From Eledone cirrhosa (lineage: Eukaryota), in assembly GCA_964016885.1 (NCBI GenBank), contig OZ024740.1:345216001-345280000 (forward strand): a stretch of 64,000 nt of DNA, in the 5' to 3' direction. The translations under genes and the position numbers were made by a program. Positions 1-13,862 of the stretch are shown piece after piece. The notes beneath the pieces were generated by a model. It was not told the origin of the DNA. It saw only the letters and a list, made by a program, of their open reading frames with translations, and made no database searches. Numbering within the stretch: the stretch's first letter is position 1; each line of letters starts with the position of its first letter.

Positions 1-184
1 ACTTATCAGGGAATAGAAAGAGATTGAATTTTTCAAAAGCTTTAGTACTTGTCAATTTTCGTTTTCATGTCAGCTTTCTGATTTGAAAAAAAGAAAAAGA
101 GGAAGAGGGAAAGGGAGGAAGAGAGGTAGATGTGGGATAGAAAGAAGAAAGAGAGGAATAACGATCGAGAGACAGAGATAGATT

Positions 185-228
<44 letters not shown>

Positions 229-436
229 AATAGTATGTGATATGGTTGAAGGTATTCGTGTTTGCATGTTGGTGGTCGGGTGGGGAATGCTTTTGTCGCA
301 AACCAGGGTATTCTTTTTATGAAGGGCCATTGAAAATCACTGTTCGACTTTTCAAGTTACAACTATGCTTTCCATTTTCTTCAGCCTATTCTGTTTTGAT
401 ATATTTGTTATGGTTTCGGCGAAGAAATAATAATGA

Positions 437-475
<39 letters not shown>

Positions 476-877
476 CATCATCATTATGTTATATTTCTAT
501 TGTTGTTGTTAACATTCTTATCATTATAGTTTTGGAAGTTATTGTTGACATCATTGAGTTTGTCATCGTCGTTGTCGTTGTTGACAGCAATGTTCTTGAA
601 TTGGCGGCATTTCTGATATGGTTGATGTTATTTTTCTTATTTTTCTTTTACATTTGTTTCACTTTTTTTATCTGTATTCAAAGATGAATAGCAAATACTG
701 TCATTATATCGATAGTGATGATTGTGTTGGTGGTTATAGAACCGGAAGCAGCTTTCGTGTTTGGTGGTCATATTTGTGAAGATTGTAGGCCATCAGATAA
801 CCTCCTCCATCACTCTCCCTCTCTTTCCTATTTCTCTCTCTCTCTATCTCGCTCTCTCTTTATATATATATATATAC

Positions 878-972
<95 letters not shown>

Positions 973-1042
973 ATAATAATAATAGTAATAATAATAAATT
1001 TGAAGACTACGATTCTTTGTTAAACTTTAATGTGTTATTTTA

Positions 1043-1117
<75 letters not shown>

Positions 1118-1548
1118 TCTGTCATGCTCTCACTACTCACTTCCTCACAAGAGGAAATCTTGTTGATGTTGTTATTGATGTAGCTCTTCATGATATAGTT
1201 TTTCATGTATTGTGTAAGTGGGACTATATTTTCAATAATTAACCTTTTTTGCCTTTTTTGAAGTATATAAAATTGTGATGCCTGGAAAGTGTCACTTGCT
1301 TGTTATCTCTGGCATGTAATTACATATAAGGACATAAACATCGATCAAGAGTTAAAGAGCGAGCCATTGCATGGTTAAACAACGTGCTAGAAATAGGTAT
1401 GCTGAAATAACCTTCTACAAACAAATCACGCCAGTAAGGGACTTTACATTTACAGCCAAAAATTGAAATCACTGCGAATATTGGGATTTTGTCAGTACCC
1501 AACGTAAATAATATGGACATTCGAAAGCTTTATTTACTAATGTAAATT

Positions 1549-1612
<64 letters not shown>

Positions 1613-1690
1613 GTATATACAAATAAGTCACCACAAGGATTATAATACTATAATGATATATTAGTGTAACCCCTCATACACACACACACA

Positions 1691-1759
<69 letters not shown>

Positions 1760-2117
1760 TTACGCTCATATGTGAGTGTGTGCGTGATTTTATACGTGAT
1801 TTTATATGTTGGCGAGGTACGTATGCACAGTTGGCTATCTATATTTAGTACGGATATCGTAAAATCCATCCCATTTTTGACGCCGGATGTTAATTCGAGT
1901 GGATTCTATGGGGATCATCAGTGGACGTGAAGCCTCTGTGGAATTGCTAGTTTAGCTGGATGTCAGACACATCGGATAGTTACTAAATATACAAATATAC
2001 ACAAATATACTTCACCTTGAATATTTGTTTGCTATTTCGGATAAAGGACTATTTTTACACGGAAAAATATAAAAGTCAATAAAACCTATAATTCCGTACA
2101 CACATATATATATATAT

Positions 2118-2205
<88 letters not shown>

Positions 2206-2229
2206 ATAGAGAGAGAGGAGATGAGAGAG

Positions 2230-2455
2230 AGAGAAGGCACTCCGTCTGTTACGACAATGAGTAGTCAAGTTGATACGAGCAACGGGACAGCCTGCATATG
2301 AGACAATCGTGCAAACTCAATGTTGCCAGCTGAGTGAACAGGAGCAACGTGAAATAAAGTGCCTTGCTCAAATACAGAAGGCCCCACCAGAAAACGAACT
2401 CTCACTTTTACAATCGTGAGTCAAATTCCCTTAGCAACAAGACACGCGCCTTCAC
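2230..2455 (-). mobile_element. Degenerate tRNA-derived SINE (CORE-like family)
   Basis: Reverse complement reads gtgaaggcgcgtgtcttgttgctaaggg...gagttcgttttctgg...ttgagcaaggcactttatttcacgttgctcc, i.e. a B-box-like head followed by a 'ttgagcaaggcact' core. Related fragments at about 9545-9650 (+) and 22900-23160 (-). Confidence 0.55.
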
Positions 2456-2612
2456 TATACAGACATACATACACACACACACACACACACATACAGGCAT
2501 ATATATATATGGATGTGTGTGTGTGTGTGATTGTGTAAGTATTTGTGTGTATATATGTTTGCATATATATATATATATATGCCGGTGAGTGTGCGTGTAT
2601 AAATATATATAA

Positions 2613-2662
<50 letters not shown>

Positions 2663-3054
2663 AAAAATACAAAATATCTAGAAAATATCTAGAAATATCT
2701 AGAAATTCTACATTGTTTCTCTTGATGTTTTAAAATCTATTTTTGTTTTTGTTTTGCCAGCATCCTATTACTTTATAGTAGTTGCTCTCATTTAGTTTGA
2801 AGAAATAAAAATAAAATAAGTGGAGATAATTTACATTATATTTGGGTTTACTGATCACAGATGTTCAGGCAGGAAGGAAACAATAGAACATAAACATACA
2901 CAAGCGAATACACAAATATCTCCACACACACACACACTCACACACATACACACACACATACACACACATACACACACACACAAACACAAGCATATACGGT
3001 AACATACACGTATATATGTGTATATTTAGGGATATATATATATATATATATACG

Positions 3055-3108
<54 letters not shown>

Positions 3109-3289
3109 AATATATACCTCTTAACAAAAATACACACCCGTCCCACTACCCCCACCCCATCCACACCACCCCGTTCGATGTAAAGTTATGTTGGTACCAC
3201 AACATCCAGTCTTAAATAAATGAGGTCGTGTAGGTGTCATGACAAAAAACCCACACAGTTCACGCTGTAATGTGGCCGTGTAGGTAACA

Positions 3290-3435
3290 CGGTAAAAACC
3301 TCCCAGTTCCACACTGTAAACGTGGTTGGTGTTAGGAAGGGCATCCAGCCGTAGAAAACCCGCCAGACGGTCCTATATGAGCAAGTTAACCAATCTTGCT
3401 AGCGTGAAAGATGGACATTAAACGATGATGATGAT
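3290..3435 (+). mobile_element. SINE-like fragment with (GAT)n tail
   Basis: gtggttggtgttaggaagggcatccagccgtagaaaacc...ggacattaaacgatgatgatga. Motif recalled from invertebrate SINE/RTE-derived repeats; ends in a short trinucleotide tail. Confidence 0.45.
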
Positions 3436-3464
3436 TATATATATATATATATATATAGATAGAT

Positions 3465-3692
3465 AAATTTATTTATTAGCCACAAGGGTACAAAAGAAGG
3501 AGACACATACAAATGAAAATAAACCTATTAATAAAATAACAAATAACAATTGAAATCCCCAATAGGGGGGAGGCGTTACACAGGGGATGTACACACCCCG
3601 AAAAAATGTACAGCCCTCATCTCCAGGTGCACCAAGAGTGAGTACTCTCTTCCTCTCCTCTTTTTTCTCAACCTACAGGCTTATATAGAGAG

Positions 3693-3694
<2 letters not shown>
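3465..3694 (-). mobile_element. 3' end of Tx1/L1-like LINE (copy 1), in a (GATA)n tract
   Basis: Clearly homologous to 36069-36325 (cccttgtggctaataaa terminus, aaatccccaatagggggg, ctcaacctacaggcttatatagagaga). GATA repeats on both sides. Confidence 0.8.
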
Positions 3695-3739
<45 letters not shown>

Positions 3740-3741
3740 TA

Positions 3742-3785
<44 letters not shown>

Positions 3786-3787
3786 TA

Positions 3788-3820
<33 letters not shown>

Positions 3821-3823
3821 CAG

Positions 3824-3857
<34 letters not shown>

Positions 3858-4345
3858 ATGCCTCCCATACACATATATACTACCAAGCGATAATATATCT
3901 ATAAAATATAAAGTACGAAATAGATACAAAACGTAACAACAACAACACACACACAAAAAAAAAATGCAATCATTTCTTGATGACATGAACGGAAATAATT
4001 CTTGAAACAAAATTCGCGTGTCCCGTTGTTTGGTTGTTTCTCTTAGTTTTTATCATGTTACAACAATTGTGATGGACAATCGTTGTGAATAGTCTATTTC
4101 CTCTGAAACAACTAGCTAACCAGTTAGTTTACTTTTATTAAAGACAAGAAACCTCAATGTGTTTTGTTTCTGCTCATTTGATACAGCTTACTCCGCCCCA
4201 ATTGTGAATATTTCTGTCAACCTATGTATGTACATAAGCATGTACATATGTATGTATGTATTTATGTATGTATGTATGTATGTATATAGGTATGTATATG
4301 TGTACATATTTGTCTTGTATTACTGTTTATTTCACGACTACATTC

Positions 4346-4389
<44 letters not shown>

Positions 4390-4439
4390 GGGTGGGGGGG
4401 GGGGTTGTGCATGTATGAATGTATGTACGTTTGTATGGT

Positions 4440-5490
4440 ATGTAGGCCCTCAAGAATTTGTTGGAATATAAAAAATAACTATATCGAAATATGAAGGCCA
4501 AAAAATGGACTTAAATCGGACAATTTCATGGAAAAACGGTGTCAAGCAAGGCGACATACCTGCACCCACTCTTTTTTCCATCTACGTAGGTGTGTTGCTG
4601 ATATATGTTTTCCAAACTTCGAAATCGATGTATAATTAGAACCTCTGGCAAATTCTTTCATATAGGACTTTTAAACACATTCAAAAACATTCGACACTCT
4701 GTCAGAGAGTTCCTATATGTTGAAGATGCTGATAGTGTGGCACACATTGTAGAGGACATGCATTTGATATTGGACTCCTTCTCCATTACATGTACAGTAT
4801 TTGCGCTAAATATTATTTTACAATAGTCAAAGGTTATGTACAATCCATCAGTTGGGGAAGTGTATGTGGAGTCATACATTTTCGTTAGAAGAAACATATG
4901 GTGGACAGCTTTGCTTATCCCGAAATATACTTAGTAGAGATGGCACCATCTATACTGGAATAGATCACCGGATTGCGAAAGTGAATCTTTCCTTCGTGGT
5001 ATCACAAGAGGCACAAAACTCTCTGTGTAAGAGATCTGGATTCTTACGGCCCTGCTGTTTGGATGCGAAAAGTGGAGAACTTACAGGAATCACATCACGA
5101 AGCTGGAAAGCTATTATCAGCATTGTATCCGACGCATGCTGAAAATAAAGTGGTCCTCATACATACCTGATGCTGCTGTACTTGAAAAAGTGGGCAACAC
5201 TAGTATTGAGTGAGGAAATACTATGAACCAGATGCGTTGGCATTTTCATGCGGTCAGGATGGTAGATGGAAGTCTACCTAAACAATTATTTATGGGGAGC
5301 AGACCAGAGGAATAAGACTAAAGCATAAACCTAAAAAGCGGTATAAGGATGTCATAAAATAAAAAGCTCTGAATATTGATACGGAGAACTGTGAGAGATT
5401 GGCTGAAGGCCGTACATCGTGGAGAATTATCATCAAGTATGGATGTGATGTCTTTGTGAAGAAACGAGTGGAGCATGCTGTTTTGAGGCG
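4440..5490 (+). mobile_element. Decayed RTE-clade LINE, reverse transcriptase to C-terminal region
   Basis: Frameshifted segments translate to KNGVKQGDIPAPTLFSIY, RTSGKFF, VREFLYVEDADSVAH (YADD-like), NQMRWHFHAVRMVDGSLPKQL and KPKKRYKDVIK, all typical RTE RT and post-RT motifs. Confidence 0.85.
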
Positions 5491-6154
5491 TATATACCTA
5501 CATACATATATCTGTAGGTCTATGAGTTTGAATACGCATCTATTAATGTCTATACTTGTAGAATATTTTACATATTTCCAAAGTGTTGATGATGTCTTGT
5601 AATTTTAATTCTTGTATTAGTTGTCTTTAAAGTTCATTACAGCAGTCCCCCCCCCCATTTCTTTTTCCTATGTAGATTTAAAATCTGAAAGATATGCCTA
5701 CTATTTCTAGCAGATCTAGTGATCACACTGAGGCTCCATTAGTTTCTTCGAGTGTATATGTGCGAAGAATGGGTGTCTTTCTGTATATACGTTTATGTGT
5801 GTGGTGTAGATGGCGGAGCCTATGTATGTATAAACATTTGTGTGTGTTTCTGTGTAGCTGGTAGTGTACGTAAATGCGAAGAGAATGAACATTTTTATGT
5901 TTTGCATATTATGTGTATTTGTGTGTTTTAGTGTATGTTTGGGAAATCTATATGACTTTATGTACGTCTGTGTATGCATATTATGTGCGTGGTTGTACAC
6001 TTCTTGATACATCTGAAAACTTGAGTTTGTGAATTTAAATTGTGTGCATACGTATCTTAAAGTGTCTGTGTGTGAGTATACATCTGACAAAGTGTGTGTG
6101 TCTATGAGTGTGTCAGAAAGAGATATAGATATAGATAGAGAGAGAGAGAGAGAC

Positions 6155-6286
<132 letters not shown>

Positions 6287-6707
6287 TCTCTGTGCGCGCG
6301 CGGTTATGTGACGAAAGGAGAAAATAGAATGATGAAAGAGATAGATTTAAAAGAAGTGGAAAAAATTAAGGACGAATGAAAAATAAATGAATAAATAAAT
6401 AAAGGGCGTTACAAATAGGAATGACAATGGTAACTACAGGAATAACAAAAACAATAACAAGTAGGCCGATAAATGTAGGAGGGTAGGGAGAATAACAAAC
6501 AAACTTCAAGTGAACTAATGAAACAAGTGGGACAGTTGTTGAATATATAATTACTCACACATACATACGCATACATACATACATAGATGCATACATACAT
6601 ACATACATACATACATACATACATACATACATACATACATACATACATACATACACACATACATGCATGCATACATACATGCATACATACATATATATAA
6701 TATATAT

Positions 6708-6850
6708 TAGGCGCCCGACAGCTGAGCTCTGCCGTTCTACAGCTAATTCCACAGACTAGTCTAGAAATAGCTGTCGAAACGGCAAGATCTCAGCCGTTGG
6801 GTACCTAGTCTTTACAATACCAAGTATCGGGTACTCAGCTGAATAATGAA

Positions 6851-6852
<2 letters not shown>
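6708..6852. mobile_element. Divergent member of hairpin+arm element family in (TA)n
   Basis: Imperfect inverted repeat taggcgcccgacagctgagctctgccgttctacagcta / tagctgtcgaaacggcaagatctcagccgttgggtaccta, followed by an arm containing caagtatcgggtactc. Flanked by TA repeats. Confidence 0.6.
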
Positions 6853-6944
<92 letters not shown>

Positions 6945-7038
6945 GAGAGAAGCAAAGAGATATTTAATTCGCTGGTAATTGAACAAATTATAAGAGATTC
7001 GAGGCACTATACAAGTTTCCTTGAGTATAATATCAATG

Positions 7039-7182
7039 ATATTAATAAATGGAAACTATATTTATAAAACCATATTTATTTTATTATATATATTTCAAGG
7101 GTACGAAAGTTTTTTTTGAGCCTTGAAATATATATAATAAAATAAATATGGCTTTATAAATATAGTTTCCATTTATTAATAT
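7039..7182. repeat. Near-perfect palindrome, 62-bp arms, 20-bp loop
   Basis: 7039-7100 is the reverse complement of 7121-7182 with one mismatch. Loop is gtacgaaagttttttttgag. Confidence 0.95.
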
Positions 7183-7225
<43 letters not shown>

Positions 7226-7228
<3 letters not shown>

Positions 7229-8226
7229 TAATCTATAAAGCTCAGTGTGTGGTCATGCTTCTTCGTTATAGAAATCTACGATATAGAATTTCTTCAATTG
7301 AAATTTACATCCCAGTATTCGAAATAGTTTCGATTGCGTCTTGACGCAGATAATTTTTCAATTTCACCCACAATTACGCAAAAAATAGATAAAACTCAAT
7401 ATTTTACGATTTTTCTCTCTCATTTAAACTGCTGAACCCTTTCTACTACCATTCAAAATCTATACAACTTCATACTTTCTGCTACTTTCTATTTCCAAGT
7501 TTGATAGTGATACTGTCCGTTCACACCACTCCCTACTGTCTTAAATTTAGAAAACACATATCCTCTATGAGGTTACTAAACCTGCTAGAAACAGCAGCTA
7601 ACTCTCCCCCTTATCACACCCCTCCCCACACCACTCCCTACTGTCTTAAATTTAGAAAACACATATCCTCTATGAGGTTAATAAACCTGCTAGAAACAGC
7701 AGCTAACTCTCTCCCATATCACACCCCTCCCTACTGTCTTAAATTTAGAAAACATATCTTCTATGAGGTCACTAAACCTGCTAGAAACAGCAGCTAACTC
7801 TCCCCCATATCACACCACTCCCTACTGTCTTAAATTTAGAAAACACATATCCTCTATGAGGTCACTAAACCTGCTAGAAACAACAGCTAACTCTCCCTCA
7901 TATCACAACCCTCCCTACTGTCTTAAATTTAGAAAACACACAGACAACCATGCAGAACAACTCTATCGCAGCTCTGTTGTTCGGCTGGCATCGCCTACGC
8001 GCGTGTTGCGCAAGTACTGTGAAACAATAAATTTCAACACTTTTTTGCACAGAGATAATATCCATAGGCGAAACTACAATTGTCACTGCTGGCGCAGCTC
8101 ATGCTTCCAGGTCTGCAATTCATTCACCCAGTGCCTGGCAGACATAAAAGTGCTGCCATAAAATGGGTGGTGCAACCTACCTTTGGTAACTTAATGACTC
8201 CGAGCAACGCTGGGCTTTAATGCTAG
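7226..8226 (+). mobile_element. Non-autonomous Helitron (about 1.0 kb)
   Basis: A|TCATAATCTATAAA 5' end. 3' end has hairpin ccgagc-aac-gctggg (8200-8214), an 8-nt spacer, then CTAG|T. Inserted between A and T with no target-site duplication. Confidence 0.85.
7521..7941 (+). repeat. About 93-bp tandem repeat, about 4.5 copies, inside the Helitron
   Basis: Unit ccctactgtcttaaatttagaaaacacatatcctctatgaggtcactaaacctgctagaaacagcagctaactctcccc... recurs at about 7531, 7636, 7729, 7821 and 7914. Confidence 0.95.
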
Positions 8227-8376
8227 TATATATATAAAGAGAGAGAGGTGGGGGGATTACACATTTTCTTTGCCTATTTTAGCTATTTCTGAGTTAGTCT
8301 CAAATTTTCAGCCTATATTGACACAATCTTTAGTGGTTGACAGACACTGCCGTTTACAATGACTTTAATGATAATT

Positions 8377-8559
8377 GTTTCTACATTTGGCACAAGGCCA
8401 GCAATTATCCCAGTGTATTACTGGTGCTTTATTTTATCTACCCCGTAAGGATGAAAAGCAAAGTTAACCTCGGCGGGATTTGAATTCAGACCATAAAGGG
8501 ACGTAACTTTTTGCTGCAAAGCATGGCGTCAGACCCTCTACCGATACTGCTAATCCACC
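8377..8559 (-). mobile_element. tRNA-derived SINE (major family in window)
   Basis: Reverse complement contains B-box-like gaattcaaatcccgccgagg, central actttgcttttcatccttacggggtagataaaataaa and tail ctggccttgtgccaaatgtagaaac. Confidence 0.85.
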
Positions 8560-8906
8560 ATGATAATGTCAAATGTTTAGCTAACTCCAAAATATATTTG
8601 AAAAATACTATAATGCTTACCAACATTGAAGGCCTTTATCACTATCAAAGACCACGAACCAGACTTCACTAATAACTCCACCTGTATATCTATTCACCGA
8701 GGCAGATGCAGTTTGTAATTCTTAAAGTCAACCATTACAAAATGGTGTCTAAATAGGCTATGTATTCGGGACCTGATTTAAAAATATAAAACAGACAGCC
8801 AAAGAAATATGTGAAAGTAAATGATAGTATCGTTAGTTGTATGAATATCTGTATACCAGAACACGACGCACGGATTGCTTGCTCTTCCAACACACTATAT
8901 ATATAT

Positions 8907-9037
8907 AATAAAGAAAGTGTGGTAAGGAACCAGGTGGACCATAACGCACCAGAGTACTCGATACTTAGTGTAGTAGAGTGGGTAATAGGAAAAGAGTCAG
9001 GACCCCGACGGCTGAGTTCCGGCCGTTTCGACAGCTA
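8907..9037 (+). mobile_element. Hairpin+arm element, truncated copy (arm plus one stem arm)
   Basis: gtggtaaggaaccaggtggaccataacgcaccagagtactcgatactt...gtgggtaatagg...gaccccgacggctgag, homologous to 30268-30429. Follows (TA)n. Confidence 0.8.
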
Positions 9038-9052
9038 GATGCGAATTATTTA

Positions 9053-9368
<316 letters not shown>

Positions 9369-9818
9369 ATTTCATCAAACACAACAGCAAATTTATTCAC
9401 AACAAATCAATGACTACAAATCAATAAACAACAGATTTGTGATTGACTTAGTAGAAAAAAAACAACACATTTTACATATGTGTGTGCGTGTTTACATATG
9501 TGTGTATTGGTGTGAGTATTTATGTAAGTATTAATGTATTAGTGAGTAGGCTGTTCGTAAGGACGTGACTTCGATTAACGGTAGTGCATTGTGACCTTGA
9601 GCACGATATTTTATTTCACATTGCTCCAAATCACTCACCCATCAAAACTGAATTGTATCTCACTGAAAAGACTAGGATTACCTCTCAGAGTGTACGAGTG
9701 TCACGATTAATCAAGAGAACTTCATTTTAAGAGTAAGGTCTTCCGTTATACAAACCAATGGAACACTCATCGTTGAAACCGATGGTGGTCCAACAGCCGC
9801 ACGCAACACACACAGACA

Positions 9819-9932
<114 letters not shown>

Positions 9933-10359
9933 TGTGTGTGTGGGTGTGTGTGTGTGCGCGCGTGTGTGTATACTCAATTGTCTATGTCTGAATATTTATA
10001 CATAAATAATGCACGCTCAACTAAGTTGCTCTGTGTATCCTGCTATTTTGTTATTCCACATGACCTAGTGTTCCTCCCACTATTATATTCACTTTCATAT
10101 TTACATGTCACTCCCACACCCAAACACAATCTTACACACCCATCCACGAAAATACAGATATACACACATATGTACGCACACAAAGGTTTAGAAAAAGAAC
10201 GCAATATGTAAGCAAGGTACACGTAATTTTATATTAGTGAAGATACTATAGCAGATAACTCTGGAATACAACCCAACACGACACGGACCTCGTGTTTGTG
10301 TGGGTGTGTATGTATGCGTGTGTATTATGTATGAATATATGTATGTATGAATATATGTA

Positions 10360-11970
10360 TGTTCTTCTGGTTTTATAATTTTACAAAGTTTTACCAATAG
10401 AGAGAGGGTCGGTTTCTAACATAGACACAAGACCCTCTCAATGGAATTTACACAACATCAAGTAGGTAGATATGTATGTATGCATGTGTAGATATGGATG
10501 TTATTGTATGTGTGGATGTGGATGTTTTGAGTTGTATGTGTACATGTGTATATGCAGTTATTAGATGCAAACATTTTGGAATGTTTTACATATTTTTACT
10601 GTTCCATTAATGGATTGTACTTGTAATTTCCTAACTAGTTGTGTTCTTTCTGTTCCTGTGAATCCTAGCTTCTCAAGATCTGTATTGAGGCAGTTACTAA
10701 CATATCCCAGTGCCACAATAATCACAAGCATAAATCTGAAGGTATAATCAGGGTGGAGTATCTGCAGATTTCTCATCAGTTCTGCATAAATATTCACCTT
10801 TTCACTAATCTTTGATATTATATTGGCATCTGCTGGGCAGCTAATTTCCACTACTGTGGATGCTTTCTTCTCCGTCCCATATCATAATATCTGGTCTGTT
10901 ATGCCTGCATTTTATTGGGGATTTTTCTGGAACATTCCACCAGTACTCTTTCATATTATGTACATGGATGTCTTCCACATTGCTGTAGCTTTTAATGTGT
11001 TTATTATCGGAGCAATCTTTTTTACGCACTGCATTGTACAGTGTTTTGGCCACTACATCATAGGTAGATAGTAACCCGATGACATCTTTGGGCAGCTGCT
11101 GATGACATGGGTGATATCCTCGATGTTAATTTTGCAGAGTCTGCACTTGTTATCACATCTAGGTGTTTTGCCTGCATCCCTATCACTTTTGTGAGTCAGG
11201 TATTTCGTGTTAATCTCCTGTTCTTGGATTGCAAAAGCGTATCCTTCAAAGTGGGAGCCAATATAGCGGTTGCTGGTCCAATATAGACTACTTTCCTTAT
11301 CTATATTACTCTCACTCTGTAGCTTCCTGGCAACATATCCATGCATGATTTTTTGCTGATAAGTATGCAGTTTTTCATCCATGGATTCACTGCGATACTG
11401 CTGAGCGACTTCCCTGGGTGTGAGTTTTTGATTATCACACAGGGAATATCTCTCGAGGAGTTCCTTCCCAACTCTCATGATCTTATCTGCTTCATGCAGA
11501 TAGACTTGCTCGAGTAACGGGCTCCTACGCTTCGAGTTTCGTAGATGTTGTCGGAGAAATATGATGCGACATTCAAATGTTGTCTGGACTGATGTTAGGC
11601 TTCTGCCTCCCTGCTTACGTTTCAAGTAAAGGCGGTCTGTGTCACTGTTGATGTGGAAGTATCCGGTGTTGTTTAGTATTTTTCGAGTTCCAACATCAAC
11701 TGCTCGGATTTCGTCTATCGTCCAATTGAGTATTCCAAACGTTGGTGTTAGGACAGGCACAGCAAACACATTGTGAGCCACTGTTCTGTTTTGCGCAGAG
11801 AGTTCCGATGACCAGATCTTTCTTAATCGGGTGTAGTATTCCCTGGTTACGCGTTCTCTATTACAGATGCCATTATAGGATATGTTCTCATCTATCCCCA
11901 GGTATCTGTAGCAGTCCTCATCAGATATCGGTGAAACAGTTAGGCCATTGATGACAATGTTGCTAGATTG
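10360..11970 (-). mobile_element. 5'-truncated R4/Dong-like non-LTR retrotransposon with restriction-like endonuclease (RLE)
   Basis: Reading frame from about 11970: YRYLGIDENISY...RLRKIWSSELSAQNRTVAHNVFAVPVLTPTFG...DRLYLKRKQGGRSL...AIQEQEINTKY...CRLCKINIEDITHVISSCPKM (CCHC), then RPDIMIWD..EISCP..EKVNIY (PD-(D/E)xK RLE) across two frameshifts. Stop at 10561, followed by a 3'UTR. Confidence 0.9.
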
Positions 11971-12678
11971 GGTTGTATGTATGTACGTACGTATGTATGT
12001 ACACTGGAGGCTGCAAGGATATATGATTAGAAGCTGAATGAATCGGCAGTTTCATTCAAATTAATATAAACTCTGTATCATGTATTGAGCATTCTTTATT
12101 TGGAAACATTCAAACAACTTATATATACAAATGTATATATGTGTATGTTTGTTTGTGTGTATATATATCTCTATTAGAATTATGCGTGTTTATACGCATA
12201 CATTCACACATATATGTACATGTGTGTGCATGACTGTGCGTATGTGTGCGTGTATGTATATTGTTCAGACGATGGTAATGAGCAATCGTACCTCCCCTTT
12301 TTTCATGACATACAACAGACGATTGTTAACAGCTCAGCCAACTATCTAAAGCCCTCTGCTACCTTTACACGCCTACGATACGGCTGAACAGGGAAATACT
12401 GTACAGAAGGAGATGCCCCTCGTACCTGTATTATGTGGTCAGTGAACCATGAACGATTCAATGTCAGAGCTTCATTGAATCAACGCTTTTTTTCTCATCG
12501 TTTATATGTATTTCTTTATTCCTTTTATGCGTGTTTGTTTTATTTAAGAAGAAATGAGATGTCGGAATAGGGGATACACACAACCTTATCCATATGTTGT
12601 GAGTGTATGTATGTGTATGAATATATATATAAATATGAGTATTTTGTTTTATACATAAATACATACATCCATACACAG

Positions 12679-12781
<103 letters not shown>

Positions 12782-12799
12782 CATATATATATATGTAAG

Positions 12800-13096
<297 letters not shown>

Positions 13097-13710
13097 TAGG
13101 TTCAATCTCGGTTACACACTCTATATTTATATAGATATAATGTTATTATACTTATCTACTGCTAGCGCACTCCTTAATATATATCTAAATTCTTCATATT
13201 TCTGCTAAAAGCGCAGACAACCAGAATCTAAAGCAACGTACTCGATACATGATTTAGATTGTATATAGTTTCATTCGTTTTATTAATGACTCTTGCAGAG
13301 AAGATAAAACTTAATCTTGTAACAGTAATTAAATTAAGAAATGGGTGGATTGAAATATTACATATATAGACAAACTTCCAGATATATAGATAATAGATAT
13401 ATATATAGATAATAGATACATATATATAGATAGATATATAGACCGAGAGACAGACATATATACACGTCCCCGCGTGCATAGATAAATAAATACACACATG
13501 TATACATAGATAAATAGTTTCATACACATACGTACATCTGTGTGTGTACGTATATGTATATACGTACACACACACATACATACATTCAAACAGAAAATAC
13601 GTGGATAGATACACACACAGATAGCCAGGCAAACAGACAGAGAGATAGGACAATCTCGAACAAAAGTAAAAAACCAGATAGATAGATAGGTAGATAGATA
13701 GATAGATAGA

Positions 13711-13862
13711 TTTCTTTATTTTTCACAAGGGCGCACATGAAAAGGGGACAATACAAAGACACATGCTATGGATTTTAGATACAGTCGTGTAAAAATATTG
13801 AAACAAACAATTATAAGAATTGAAATCTCCAATAGGAGGAAGACGTCACAAATGGGTTGTAA
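13711..13862 (-). mobile_element. 3' end of Tx1/L1-like LINE (copy 2, more diverged), in (GATA)n
   Basis: tttctttatttttcacaagggcgcac...aggggacaatacaaag...gaaatctccaataggaggaagacgtcaca matches the 3'UTR of 36069-36943. GATA repeats on both sides. Confidence 0.7.

Noticed and set aside
7521-7941. Regularly spaced repeats suggesting a CRISPR-like array
   Set aside because: Units are contiguous with no unique spacers, there are no cas genes, and the array sits inside a eukaryotic Helitron.
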